From Nitrosopumilaceae archaeon (GTDB lineage: Archaea > Thermoproteota > Nitrososphaeria > Nitrososphaerales > Nitrosopumilaceae), in contig OZ242365.1 in assembly GCA_965208905.1 (NCBI GenBank), positions 832,001 to 896,000 on the forward strand: a DNA stretch of 64,000 nt, in the 5' to 3' direction. The notes under the pieces are model-generated. The model did no database searches, was not told the DNA's origin, and worked only from the letters and a program-made list of their open reading frames with translations. A program made the translations under genes and the position numbers. Positions 1-9,747 of this stretch are shown here, piece by piece (position 1 is the first letter of the stretch; each line of letters starts with the position of its first letter).

Positions 1-1731
1 AACACTGCTGGTCGTGTAATAAAGACAGGTCTTACGGCCGCAGCCATAGTATCCGCCTGGACTTGGGCGGCAACCCTACTACAATCATCTACAGTAGCGT
101 ATCAGTATGGTATCAGCGGACCGTTCTGGTATGCAGCGGGCGCATCCATACAAGTACTATTATTTGGTATACTGGCAATAGAGCTGAAGCGCAAAGCGCC
201 AAATGCTCACACATTCTTGGAGATAATTAGAGCCAGATACGGTGAAGCGGCGCACCGGGTCTTTTTGGTATTTGCATTAATGACAAACATGATAGTCACC
301 GCAATGCTTCTTTTGGGCGGTGCAGCAGTCGTAAACGGTCTGACTGGCATGGACATATCACTGGCGGCATTTTTGATACCCATAGGAGTCATGATATACA
401 CGTTAGTAGGTGGTCTTAAGGCGACGTTTGTGGCAGACTATATGCATACTATAATTATATTTGTGGTGATCTTAACATTTGTAGGTACAGTGTACTTTGT
501 GAGTCCAGTGACCGGGGGTGTTGAAGGCATGTTTGAAAAACTGACCGAAGCTGCTGCCATAAATCCCGTAGAAGGGAATGCTGCTGGAGCATATCTTACG
601 ATGGCCTCACTAGGCGGCCTCATATTTGGTATCATAAATATAGTTGGAAACTTTGGTACTGTCTTTGTGGACCAGGCCTATTGGCAACGTGCTATAGCGG
701 CGCGACCCCAGTCTACAGTAAAGGGCTTTTTATTGGGTGGTGCTTGCTGGTTTGCTATTCCATTTACACTAGCCACCACGATGGGCCTTACTGCAGTAGC
801 CTTGGGCGTTGATCTTACACCCGAGGAGGTACAACTAGGTCTGACTGTCCCCGCAGCCGCATCAGTCCTGATGGGTGAGGTTGGAGCCGTATTAGTACTG
901 ACCATGCTGTTTATGGCAGTTACCTCTGCAGGATCTGCCGAACTGATTGCGGTCTCGTCGTTGGTGACGTATGATGTGTATAGGACGTATAAGAATCCGA
1001 AGGCATCGGGGCAGAAACTGTTAAAGGTCTCTCGATATACCATAATCGGCTTTGGTATAGGCATGGGTGGCCTGGCAGTAATACTACTATCGATGGGACT
1101 TAGCTTGGGATTCGTCTATCTGGCCATGGGAGTTCTCATAGGCTCGGCGGTCATACCCATAGCATTGACGATAACATGGAAGAGGACCAACAAGTATGCG
1201 GCTACGGCAGGTGCAATAATTGGCTTGGTTGTGGCACTTATAACTTGGACCGGAGTTGCCGCGGCACAGTATGGCGAGGTAACCCTTGCTAGCCTGGGAG
1301 ATAACTACTCAATGCTATTTGGTAATATCGCGGGTATATTGACCGGTGGCGCCATTGCGGGCTTTGGCAGTCTGGCTACTAGAACCAAGTTCGATTGGGC
1401 CGAGATGAAAGAACGTATAAAGCTTGTAGATATATCAGAAGCTGAGATGGAACAGCTAGAAGTGGATGAGGCCACACTCAAGAAGGCATTCAAATTCAGT
1501 CTAAAGGGTGGCGGTCTTATGACTTTGATTCTAATAATAGCGTGGCCCATGCCCCTATTCTTTGCGGACTATGTCTTTGATATAGGGTTCTACTCACTAT
1601 GGGTAGGTATATCCATAGTGTGGGTGAGTGTTGCTACGTTCTTTATAGTGGGTCTGCCCATAATAGAGGCTAGACACGGTATCGCCAAGGTGGCCCGAGG
1701 CCGCAAAGCTACTCCTACAGGAGAAGAGTAA
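1..1731 (+). CDS. dur3: Urea active transporter, Dur3/SSS family (5'-partial; frame open from base 1)
   Basis: Frame 1 reads ...VSAWTWAATLLQSS...GPFWYAAGA...KAPNAHTF..., plus GGLKATF and NFGTVFVDQAYWQRAIAA motifs typical of Dur3; many TM helices. Confidence 0.88.
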   Translation, partial: NTAGRVIKTGLTAAAIVSAWTWAATLLQSSTVAYQYGISGPFWYAAGASIQVLLFGILAIELKRKAPNAHTFLEIIRARYGEAAHRVFLVFALMTNMIVTAMLLLGGAAVVNGLTGMDISLAAFLIPIGVMIYTLVGGLKATFVADYMHTIIIFVVILTFVGTVYFVSPVTGGVEGMFEKLTEAAAINPVEGNAAGAYLTMASLGGLIFGIINIVGNFGTVFVDQAYWQRAIAARPQSTVKGFLLGGACWFAIPFTLATTMGLTAVALGVDLTPEEVQLGLTVPAAASVLMGEVGAVLVLTMLFMAVTSAGSAELIAVSSLVTYDVYRTYKNPKASGQKLLKVSRYTIIGFGIGMGGLAVILLSMGLSLGFVYLAMGVLIGSAVIPIALTITWKRTNKYAATAGAIIGLVVALITWTGVAAAQYGEVTLASLGDNYSMLFGNIAGILTGGAIAGFGSLATRTKFDWAEMKERIKLVDISEAEMEQLEVDEATLKKAFKFSLKGGGLMTLILIIAWPMPLFFADYVFDIGFYSLWVGISIVWVSVATFFIVGLPIIEARHGIAKVARGRKATPTGEE

Positions 1732-2258
1732 TGGCTCACTGTAGTGGATGCGGCTGTACATTGGGCTGGAAGAAGTACAAGTTTCAACGTATGTGGCGCA
1801 TACCAGGGTACTACTGTAAATCTTGTATGATGGAGCTGGGCAAAGAGTTTGACAAGTATGGCCGTTTGACCAGCATTGCCTCACCCTGTCACATGTGTGG
1901 TGTCGAATACTACTTTTTAAAGTCTGGCAAGGGAGAAGGCAAGCACCACAAGTACTGTGTGATATGTAATGAGGCAATTAAGAATGGAGTTATACCAAAG
2001 AAAGCAAAGAAGTCGGGACCTCGCCCCCCTCCAAAACAGTTACCACTCACAATGATGATATTTGCAGGATTGGGGGGACTGATGATGGTCATGGGACTGA
2101 TATTCACAATGATGTCCACCGGCGAAGATGCAAACGTTCTAAACATTGTATTTGGTGCTGCCACCACCGCCATGGGATTTGTATTGGTCCGCCGGACACT
2201 CAAGTCCAGAAGTCTGCTGTTGGGTGCAAAGAGACCTTCCCCACCTGACATGTCGTAA
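1731..2258 (+). CDS. Zn-ribbon membrane protein, hypothetical
   Basis: Four CxxC pairs followed by two TM helices; start overlaps dur3 stop. Confidence 0.7.
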   Translation: MAHCSGCGCTLGWKKYKFQRMWRIPGYYCKSCMMELGKEFDKYGRLTSIASPCHMCGVEYYFLKSGKGEGKHHKYCVICNEAIKNGVIPKKAKKSGPRPPPKQLPLTMMIFAGLGGLMMVMGLIFTMMSTGEDANVLNIVFGAATTAMGFVLVRRTLKSRSLLLGAKRPSPPDMS

Positions 2259-2295
2259 AAAGACTGGAGTTACAACCATACAAGACGAAAAGTAG

Positions 2296-2347
2296 ACTGG
2301 GCTGACAGACTATCTTGGAAAGTGTAGATAGCTTTGCGGGAGGAACC
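2296..2347 (+). mobile_element. Solo right-end remnant of TIR-TnpB family A
   Basis: ACTGGGCTGACAGACTATC matches the tnpB 3' tail and CTTTGCGGGAGGAACC matches the family A right TIR. Confidence 0.8.
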
Positions 2348-2463
2348 TTAAGTTCAATCTAAGTATAACTGAAACAAAACCTTACATGATCCAGCGTAAA
2401 ACTGGGGTGGCACATTGCCAAAGGATACATGCCCAAATGGGTCTTCTCTAAACTAATAGAACT

Positions 2464-2838
2464 CTAAGCCTTGGTATAGTCGTGGTAGAGCACCTCGTTG
2501 AGCACCTTGTCGATTATCTGCTGCTGCCCACCATCATTACCAAAGGTGACCAGAAGGATATTTCCACTCTTAAGGGGTACTGTAATCCTGCGTACCTTTT
2601 CATAGACCGCAAGTGTATAGATGCCCGCACCTATCTTGTCATAATGGTCCATGCGGGATTTCCAAGCGGTTACCGAATGCTTTAACGTCTTTTTAGTATC
2701 TGCGAGTCCAAGGTGTATTGCTAGTCCTGGCCTTGCTTTGTGGGCGATAAGGTCGCCCTCCATGTCTGCGACTGCAACGAATCTAATATTGCTGTCCAAA
2801 CCTAGTACACGATCAAGCCTGTCATCATAACTGTTCAT
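2464..2838 (-). CDS. Thaumarchaeal roadblock/longin-like hypothetical protein
   Basis: IRFVAVADMEG...YEKVRRITVP pattern; similar to 27623-28009. Confidence 0.7.
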   Translation of the reverse strand: MNSYDDRLDRVLGLDSNIRFVAVADMEGDLIAHKARPGLAIHLGLADTKKTLKHSVTAWKSRMDHYDKIGAGIYTLAVYEKVRRITVPLKSGNILLVTFGNDGGQQQIIDKVLNEVLYHDYTKA

Positions 2839-3036
2839 GGTGATGTGTTATTTTGAGTCCTCAAAAAGGTTTCTATCATACATGCTGTGGTATATGATCA
2901 GTTACACTTCCATCTGTTGATAATGGCAAGTCCATCTTGAAGGATGCCGCGTCCAGACTTAAAATATCTACACACAGTATATAGACAACACCGCCTAATG
3001 GAATAATTTTTAGAGCAGTAGATTTGTAATTATTGT

Positions 3037-3663
3037 ATGAATACAGGCAAGGCCCGTAGCGTACTAAATGTAAAAGAGGGATCAACTCCAACGCAGATAA
3101 AAGCAGCATATCGAAAACTTGTCTTGGAATATCATCCCGACAAAAAAGGCGGGGACGAAAAACAGTTTCAACTCATCACTGAAGCATACCATACATTAAC
3201 AGACAGTGAACATGTAGATGAAGAACCAAAGACACAAAACGTGAATAGGGCTCAATGGGGTGCTGGACCCACAGATCATATACCAGAAGAGGATTGGAGT
3301 AAATACACCAAAGAGTTTGAGGAAGATGAGGCATGGTGGAAGGCATATGAGACCCGTTTCTGGGAGGAGTATGAGGGCAGAAACAATGGCGGTGGTAAGT
3401 CCGACAATGCCCGGGAACCTGATGCGCAACCCCGCCTGCGAGTTAATGTGGATCAGAGTTTGTGTATAGGATGTTGTAGTTGCGAGACGATAGCACCCAA
3501 TGTATTTGAGATAAATCGTAACGCTAGATCCAACCCAAAGTCTACTGTAAAGAATGAAGCCGGTGCAGGAGTGAATCGTATCATGAATGCTGCCGAGACA
3601 TGCCCCACTAAAGCCATATTGGTAGACAATATGGATACTGGCGAGAGATTGTATCCGTTTTAG
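3037..3663 (+). CDS. DnaJ-ferredoxin fusion protein
   Basis: J-domain with HPD motif, C-terminal CIGCCSC...CP ferredoxin motif. Confidence 0.9.
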   Translation: MNTGKARSVLNVKEGSTPTQIKAAYRKLVLEYHPDKKGGDEKQFQLITEAYHTLTDSEHVDEEPKTQNVNRAQWGAGPTDHIPEEDWSKYTKEFEEDEAWWKAYETRFWEEYEGRNNGGGKSDNAREPDAQPRLRVNVDQSLCIGCCSCETIAPNVFEINRNARSNPKSTVKNEAGAGVNRIMNAAETCPTKAILVDNMDTGERLYPF

Positions 3664-4064
3664 TCTCGCAGTCTCTCAAATATTCTGGCGGTATCTTTCT
3701 CAGATGATGTAGTCTTTTTAAACATACCATGAATTGGCCCGGCACCATCATTCCCATATCTGGGCACTAAATGTACGTGGACATGGGGTATCTCTTGACC
3801 TGCATATGGTCCGTTATGTATGGCCAACAACGTGGACCCTGATAGGGCATCAGTTCTGGATATCAACTTTGCTGCTAGCTCAAACACATCCGATACTTCT
3901 GCAGTGACCATATCTTGTAATCTTTTACGGTGCTTTTTTGGTATGATTATAAGATGGCCCCGAGTTAACGGGAAGGCATCCATGAAAGCTAGGGCGTTAT
4001 CATTCTCGGATATCTTCTTTGATGGTACCTCTCCAGATACAATACGACAAAATATACAACTCAT
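3660..4064 (-). CDS. HIT family hydrolase
   Basis: CIFC N-terminus and HVHVH triad. Confidence 0.92.
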   Translation of the reverse strand: MSCIFCRIVSGEVPSKKISENDNALAFMDAFPLTRGHLIIIPKKHRKRLQDMVTAEVSDVFELAAKLISRTDALSGSTLLAIHNGPYAGQEIPHVHVHLVPRYGNDGAGPIHGMFKKTTSSEKDTARIFERLRD

Positions 4065-4342
4065 GGCTCAACTATTACTGCCCATGCCAGGCCCTCGCCG
4101 TATTTTATGGTCACAGTGTCACCCGCATCATATGTGCAGTTCTCGATATGTTTTGGTATCTCATCAGAGGTGTCCGCAACACATACGCCATTATTGTTTG
4201 ATAGTATTGTAACATTCTCATATACGTCCTCACGAATGAGATTCCAGAAAGGAAATACTACCGTGGATATTATAATTCCGGCCAGAGCTAGAATCCCTAC
4301 AAAGATGAGTGTATACTTTCGGCCAAAGGTCATCTCGCCCAT
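4061..4342 (-). CDS. Small membrane-anchored hypothetical protein
   Basis: N-terminal TM helix; coupled to neighbouring ORFs. Confidence 0.65.
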   Translation of the reverse strand: MGEMTFGRKYTLIFVGILALAGIIISTVVFPFWNLIREDVYENVTILSNNNGVCVADTSDEIPKHIENCTYDAGDTVTIKYGEGLAWAVIVEP

Positions 4343-4503
4343 TACCAGACACTACCGCCTACATCACCAGGGTCCATCTTCTTTTCTGGCACATTACCGT
4401 GAGCTTTTTTAAGATGACGTTGTAGTCTTTCTGTAGTATGCAACTCTACACCACATTCAGGGCATTTAGTACCCTTATTCTTCTTCTTACCAAAGAGTCC
4501 CAT
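4342..4503 (-). CDS. Small C2H2 zinc-finger protein (53 aa; not in ORF track)
   Basis: MGLFGKKKNKGTKCPECGVELHTTERLQRHLKKAH...; stop overlaps next start. Confidence 0.75.
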   Translation of the reverse strand: MGLFGKKKNKGTKCPECGVELHTTERLQRHLKKAHGNVPEKKMDPGDVGGSVW

Positions 4504-4557
4504 GGGTATTATCAATATGCCTATGTATTATAAAGGGTTCTTATTGCATCCATGTAG

Positions 4558-5712
4558 TTGAAGAGTATCAAAAACGTTACAGTGCTAGGATCCGGAGTCA
4601 TGGGTCATGGAATAGCCCAGATATCTGCAACAGCAGGCTACAATGTCAAACTGCGAGACATAAAAGAAGAGTTTCTAGACAATGCCATGGCGAAGATACG
4701 CTGGAGTCTGAGTAAAATGGTAAAAAAGAACAAGATAACTGTGCAAGAAGAGTCCTCCATACTATCACGTATTGTACCGGTTGTGGAGATAAACCAAGCA
4801 CTTGATAACTCTGATTTGATTATAGAGGTCGTCCCTGAAAATATGGACCTAAAACGTAAGGTATATGCCGAGTTGGATGATATCGCTGCTCCAGACACAA
4901 TATTTGCCTCTAATACCAGCACATTACCGATAACAGAGATTGCCAAGACTACAAACCGCAAAGACATGGTTATAGGAGTACACTTCTTTAACCCGCCCCA
5001 ACTGATGAAACTAGTGGAAGTCATACCTGGCACTGATACATCATCTAGTATAACAGAGACAATGGAGAATTTTGTTAAAACTTTAGGGAAGACTCCTGTT
5101 ATATGTCGTAAAGACGTACCGGGCTTTATCATAAATCGGTTGTTCATACCAATGGTTCATGAGGCTTTATACACGATGGATAGGCAGAATATCTCCAAAG
5201 AGGCGATAGACTCATCTGTAAGGTTCGATATGGGCTTTCCCATGGGAATATTTGAGCTGGCGGACTTTACAGGGCTAGACGTAATCCATAAGGCCAGCAA
5301 TGAGATGTTTGCCCGAGATAAAAAAGTCCTACGACAACACCCTACAATACAACAACTATTCGAGGAGAATCGATTGGGCCAGAAGAGTGGGGAGGGGTTC
5401 TACAAGTATTCAGATACAAAGTATGAGAGGGTCGAGCTATCTGCAGAATTGGCCAAAGAGTGTAATCCCATAGATATGATATCTAACATAACAAATAATG
5501 CTGCATGGTTAATTACAAACAAAGTTAGCAATATTGCCGAGATAGACAAAGCTGCCGCTCTGGGACTGGGTCTTAAAAGGCCACTTTTTGATACTGCCGC
5601 AGAGGTGGGCATACAGAGAATAATAGATTCGTTGGATGATCTGGCAAAGCAACACGGCCCGTTCTATGAACCAGATCCATTCTTACGATCCCTTGTCGAG
5701 AATACCAAATAA
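4558..5712 (+). CDS. 3-hydroxyacyl-CoA (3-hydroxybutyryl-CoA) dehydrogenase
   Basis: GSGVMGHGIA Rossmann motif, ASNTSTLPI, HFFNPP, PGFIINR. Confidence 0.92.
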   Translation: MKSIKNVTVLGSGVMGHGIAQISATAGYNVKLRDIKEEFLDNAMAKIRWSLSKMVKKNKITVQEESSILSRIVPVVEINQALDNSDLIIEVVPENMDLKRKVYAELDDIAAPDTIFASNTSTLPITEIAKTTNRKDMVIGVHFFNPPQLMKLVEVIPGTDTSSSITETMENFVKTLGKTPVICRKDVPGFIINRLFIPMVHEALYTMDRQNISKEAIDSSVRFDMGFPMGIFELADFTGLDVIHKASNEMFARDKKVLRQHPTIQQLFEENRLGQKSGEGFYKYSDTKYERVELSAELAKECNPIDMISNITNNAAWLITNKVSNIAEIDKAAALGLGLKRPLFDTAAEVGIQRIIDSLDDLAKQHGPFYEPDPFLRSLVENTK

Positions 5713-6195
5713 AGTATCAATGGATTCTGATGGCGAGTCGGCACCAACAATTAAAACATGTTTACGGTGATCTAAATATTCATCAGCATACTTTTCTGCC
5801 ATGCCCCCACTACTTCGGATTGCCACCATGGGCTTGTTGTGCATGTAGGCAGCACACATCTCAGATAATGTTCCCACGCCCCCTCCAACTATGATTATGC
5901 CATCTGCTGCATATGCGTTTACAAAGTCACGCATCAACCCAAGACCTGTAGGTATTACGATATCACAAAACTCATTGGCAGCATCAGCATCTTTTGGCGG
6001 TATTATCCCCACTACGGTACCACCTGCGTCCTTTGCTCCCGATGATGCTGCCCTCATGACTCCGCCCATACCACCAGTTAAAAGTATAGCCCCCCTCTCT
6101 GCTACAAGATGCCCCACATCATAAGCTATCTTTCTGTGTAGCGGCAGGCAGCCGTTATCATTATGACCAATTACCAATATCTGAGTCTTTTTCAC
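5683..6195 (-). CDS. TIGR00725/LOG-family nucleotide-binding protein
   Basis: TGGMGGVM, GGGVGTLSEM motifs; likely GTG start at 6195 rather than 6336. Confidence 0.85.
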   Translation of the reverse strand: MKKTQILVIGHNDNGCLPLHRKIAYDVGHLVAERGAILLTGGMGGVMRAASSGAKDAGGTVVGIIPPKDADAANEFCDIVIPTGLGLMRDFVNAYAADGIIIVGGGVGTLSEMCAAYMHNKPMVAIRSSGGMAEKYADEYLDHRKHVLIVGADSPSESIDTLFGILDKGS

Positions 6196-6799
6196 ATATT
6201 TGTGGTGCAATTTAGCACTAATAGGGATTCCTATGGCTGGTCTCTCCCGTAAAGACAGGCTATACCACAAAATCAGTTCATACTTAACATGTAGTGTGCT
6301 GATGGTGACCGGCGTGGGCAACTCGCTGCGCAGCATTGTGGTCTTGGTATAGACCTTGACTGTTTTGTCACATTTTCATTAACTGCTAAAGAGCGTATCT
6401 TGTGACCCTATAGCAATAATGCCAGATTTCGTGCTATTATTTATGATCTAATTGAATTTTGCCCAAAAACCACATTCGCATGTAGAACCATCCAATCCAT
6501 TAATATCGCATAATTCTGAGGAATTTGGTCTATAATCCAGCTTTGGACGAGGAACCAGATTCTGGGCATTGTTGCAAATCCAACTGATGACATTATGCTT
6601 CATGGCATAGCTTCAGAACAACGATTTTTCATTTCGTCTTAAGCATGTGCATGGTTGTTTTGAGTATGCCAATAACTTGTATTTGTGCTAAATAGCGTCT
6701 CAAAAACGAAAATAACACTTTGTTATATCTTATCAGTCGAATTTGCAGCAATGCCCAGATTCTGTAACAGATATTAACTAGCAATCTTACATGTATGGT

Positions 6800-6925
6800 A
6801 TGGTCCATCGTTCCATGCCAGTCTGTTTTAGTATTGAGCAGTACAAAACAATAGAGGCATACGCTAAGAAGCATGGCATGCTTAATGCAAGCCAAGCTCT
6901 AGAAGAGTTACTAGAAAGGCGGTAG
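6800..6925 (+). CDS. Small 41-aa hypothetical protein (possibly RHH-like)
   Basis: MVHRSMPVCFSIEQYKTIEAYAKKHGMLNASQALEELLERR; strand-helix-helix pattern. Confidence 0.5.
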   Translation: MVHRSMPVCFSIEQYKTIEAYAKKHGMLNASQALEELLERR

Positions 6926-6958
6926 GCGCCTCTCTGCTTATTTTATTATATGTTTAAT

Positions 6959-8572
6959 GGTTCCTCCCGCAAGGACGGGTGGTGGTTGATGTGTGTTGGA
7001 TAGTGTTAAATACGTTATTGAACCGTACTATGTAGTGGCATCAGTAAAAAATAGCAGGGCAGTAACACGTCCATACACAAAAAATTTGGGCATGCGACAT
7101 GTGTTTGAACATGTCAGGAAGGTGGCAGAAGTGGCGTACATTATAGCAGATAACACGGGGAAGAATACCTATGGTGTTAATGCATTGATGTATAGTACAA
7201 TGCGCGGTCCTGACCCCAAAGTATATTCGTCCATAACGCAGACCGCCATACGGGACGGGGTTGCCGCCCATAAAACGTACAATACAAAGGCTGCGCAGGG
7301 CACGAAGGTGTCTGAGCCCGTGTTTCGCAATCCGGTTGTAAAGTTAACAAATCAAAGTTGGAGGCTGAATCCGATAGCGGGTGGATATATGGCTATTGCA
7401 AATGTTGGCTCATCAAAACACCCACATATGATAGCAATTCCCGTCTCTTCAGATGTGGTACGTAAAATAGGGCAAAATGAGTTGGGCGAGTTGTGGATCA
7501 CGCCAACCACATATACCATTACATATTACAACAAAGTGCCCAAGGTTGAAAAGTCCCACCCACACGGCAAGTCAGAGATTATCGAACTACTTACGGATGT
7601 GGGCTGTGTGGGCGGTACACCAAGGGATGTAATTGGCATAGACATCAATGAAAAGAACATCACCGTAGGTGATAAAAACACGATGGTACGATTTGATCTA
7701 TCATACACGATACAGGCCATTGAGGAGGCAAAGACTGAGGATACAAACAATACGTATACCCGTACACATGATAATATCGCATATGCGGCACGTACCGGAA
7801 GGCGCGTTGTACACAAGAAAGAGGAGGAGCGCAGAGAAAAGCAACAAGTCACACATGGTGGTCACAAGTTACACAGCAAACTCAAACGCAGATACAATAA
7901 ACTCAAGAGGGAGGGCAAACACAAGAGGGCCGCCGAGATAAAGAAGCAGATGAGCAGATGCATATTGAGCATACCACATAACCACACAAAATCAAGGAAG
8001 AATGCTAAAAAGCGCAGGATGGCCAAAGCCATGCGCCACCACGAACACGTGCTGAATGTAATAGCATTATGTATAGCACAGTGGGCCGCACAATCCGGGT
8101 GCTTGGTGATGTTGGAGGATTTAACCAATATATCGTATGGTTGGCAGAAGAATGGGAAGTTTGGCCATAATATGCGTCGCAGGTTACATTCTGCCATGAT
8201 GCGAAAAGCATCGAATTTAATTTATGAAAAGTCCCGGTTTTTGGGAGTGGAGGCATTACATATGCGCCCACACAACACATCCAAGTTGTGTGCTGCATGC
8301 AGAACCACATTAACTGGAACTTATCATAAAAAAGACTGCATCCGCTGCCATACGGTTGGCGTAGATCGCGACGTCAACGCAGTGGAGAACATACGGCGAA
8401 CAAGCGCCGTATCCCGATATGGTCGTAAGGTTTCGGCCAGTCTGGGCGAAGTCCGTCGTGGTGTGGATGTAATCCTCGATCCCACACCACTCATACAGGG
8501 TTGCTGGAGCAACTGGGCCGACAGACTATCCCGCGTGGCGATGTGACATCACCCGACTTTGCGGGAGGAACC
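6959..8572 (+). mobile_element. TIR-bounded TnpB-only element, family A copy 1
   Basis: 26-bp TIRs GGTTCCTCCCGCAAGGACGGGTGGTG / CATCACCCGACTTTGCGGGAGGAACC (3 mismatches); no TSD visible. Confidence 0.9.
6993..8546 (+). CDS. tnpB: TnpB-like RuvC endonuclease (517 aa)
   Basis: RuvC-I VIGIDIN, RuvC-II VMLEDL, Zn finger CAAC/CIRC, RuvC-III DRDVNA. Confidence 0.88.
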   Translation: MLDSVKYVIEPYYVVASVKNSRAVTRPYTKNLGMRHVFEHVRKVAEVAYIIADNTGKNTYGVNALMYSTMRGPDPKVYSSITQTAIRDGVAAHKTYNTKAAQGTKVSEPVFRNPVVKLTNQSWRLNPIAGGYMAIANVGSSKHPHMIAIPVSSDVVRKIGQNELGELWITPTTYTITYYNKVPKVEKSHPHGKSEIIELLTDVGCVGGTPRDVIGIDINEKNITVGDKNTMVRFDLSYTIQAIEEAKTEDTNNTYTRTHDNIAYAARTGRRVVHKKEEERREKQQVTHGGHKLHSKLKRRYNKLKREGKHKRAAEIKKQMSRCILSIPHNHTKSRKNAKKRRMAKAMRHHEHVLNVIALCIAQWAAQSGCLVMLEDLTNISYGWQKNGKFGHNMRRRLHSAMMRKASNLIYEKSRFLGVEALHMRPHNTSKLCAACRTTLTGTYHKKDCIRCHTVGVDRDVNAVENIRRTSAVSRYGRKVSASLGEVRRGVDVILDPTPLIQGCWSNWADRLSRVAM

Positions 8573-8649
8573 TGCGACATAGCGACTCCTTACCAAAGTA
8601 TGATTCTATGGCAAAGGGCTTAAAGATATGTTTACTTCATAATTGTATA

Positions 8650-9060
8650 ATGGGATTGCTTAGTAGAAAGCCCTCGTATTGTAAGATGTGTGGTGCCAAA
8701 CTAAAACACAAGAACAAACCAAAACGTGAGTGGGGTGTGAAGGGACCTTTATGCGGAGACTGTTACGTAACAAAGACCACAGAGTTCTATGAGGCAAAGA
8801 TAATTCAACCATGTGTAGTTTGCGGTGTACGTCGTCGTGTCGCGGACATGTGGGAGCCGCGCTGGCAATGGGACATGGATGGACTACTATGTAAGGACTG
8901 CTTTGAAAAGAAAGAGACCGGCCATAAAAATGAGAAATCAACGTGTTCACATTGTGGTACCAAGCTGGGGTTTATACGATACAACCCAAAGCCGAAATGG
9001 AATATGAACGGGCAGCTATGCAGAGAGTGCTGGGACAATACAAAGGCAGAACTTGGATGA
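8650..9060 (+). CDS. Multi-Zn-ribbon hypothetical protein
   Basis: Three repeats of CxxC...W...GxLCxxC. Confidence 0.75.
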   Translation: MGLLSRKPSYCKMCGAKLKHKNKPKREWGVKGPLCGDCYVTKTTEFYEAKIIQPCVVCGVRRRVADMWEPRWQWDMDGLLCKDCFEKKETGHKNEKSTCSHCGTKLGFIRYNPKPKWNMNGQLCRECWDNTKAELG

Positions 9061-9249
9061 TTTCAGAGTAATAGTCTGATATGTGCAGCAAGTCTACTCC
9101 TAAAAAATCAGGTAGCATACGACCTGTCAAGACAAATTCGTACGGGAAGCAGTATTTTTGTGATGATGTGACACGGGAATTGTAACAGACTGCATGCAAG
9201 CTGGCATAGCTATGACCTATGCTCTATCTGATGCGCAGGTAGGTGAACT

Positions 9250-9420
9250 TTAAACGGCGCGAATAGTTTTGACTATTCCGGGTCGACGCTTGACAAAGAC
9301 GCGAAATCCGCATATACACTTTATCTCTGGTAATCGCGAGAGCTCGTCATTGGATGTGACGGTGGCGCATTTTAGGCACGAATAGAGCACCTCAAATTTT
9401 TCATTTTCATTCTCTGACAT
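9250..9420 (-). CDS. rpoP: RNA polymerase subunit Rpo12
   Basis: YSCLKC...IKCICGFRVFVKRRP. Confidence 0.85.
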   Translation of the reverse strand: MSENENEKFEVLYSCLKCATVTSNDELSRLPEIKCICGFRVFVKRRPGIVKTIRAV

Positions 9421-9428
9421 TATATCAC

Positions 9429-9737
9429 TCATGTCAGCAACAGCTCGATATAAACGTCATCGGGTATGCGCAGACGCATTAACTGGCGAATCACCTTGTC
9501 ATCGGCACTAATGTCAATCACCCGGCGATGCAGACGCATCTCCCATTTTTCATAAGTTTCAGTCCCGTTCCCACAGGGCGATTTACGCGTAGCGACATGA
9601 AGTCTTTTTATGGGCAGAGGCGTGGGTCCTTTCATACGAACACCGGTATTTTTACCGATTCCCATAATTTCACCACATACACCGTCGAGTTTTGGTAGAC
9701 TGATACTGGTCAGTTTAACTCGGGCGGTCTGGGCCAT
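9429..9737 (-). CDS. rpsJ: 30S ribosomal protein uS10
   Basis: GPTPLP...RKSPCGNG...WEMRLHRR. Confidence 0.96.
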   Translation of the reverse strand: MAQTARVKLTSISLPKLDGVCGEIMGIGKNTGVRMKGPTPLPIKRLHVATRKSPCGNGTETYEKWEMRLHRRVIDISADDKVIRQLMRLRIPDDVYIELLLT

Positions 9738-9747
9738 CCAGATCTAC

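Noticed and set aside
6196-6620. Extended N-terminus of the LOG-family gene or separate ORFs
   Set aside because: No recognisable motifs; conserved part starts at 6195
6993-8546. Family A proteins as Cas12f/Cas14 CRISPR effectors
   Set aside because: No repeat-spacer array or cas1/2/4 seen in the window; the genes are multicopy and TIR-bounded
9160-9235. Box C/D sRNA (GTGATGA...CTGA)
   Set aside because: Spacing is long and no clear C'/D' boxes; could be chance
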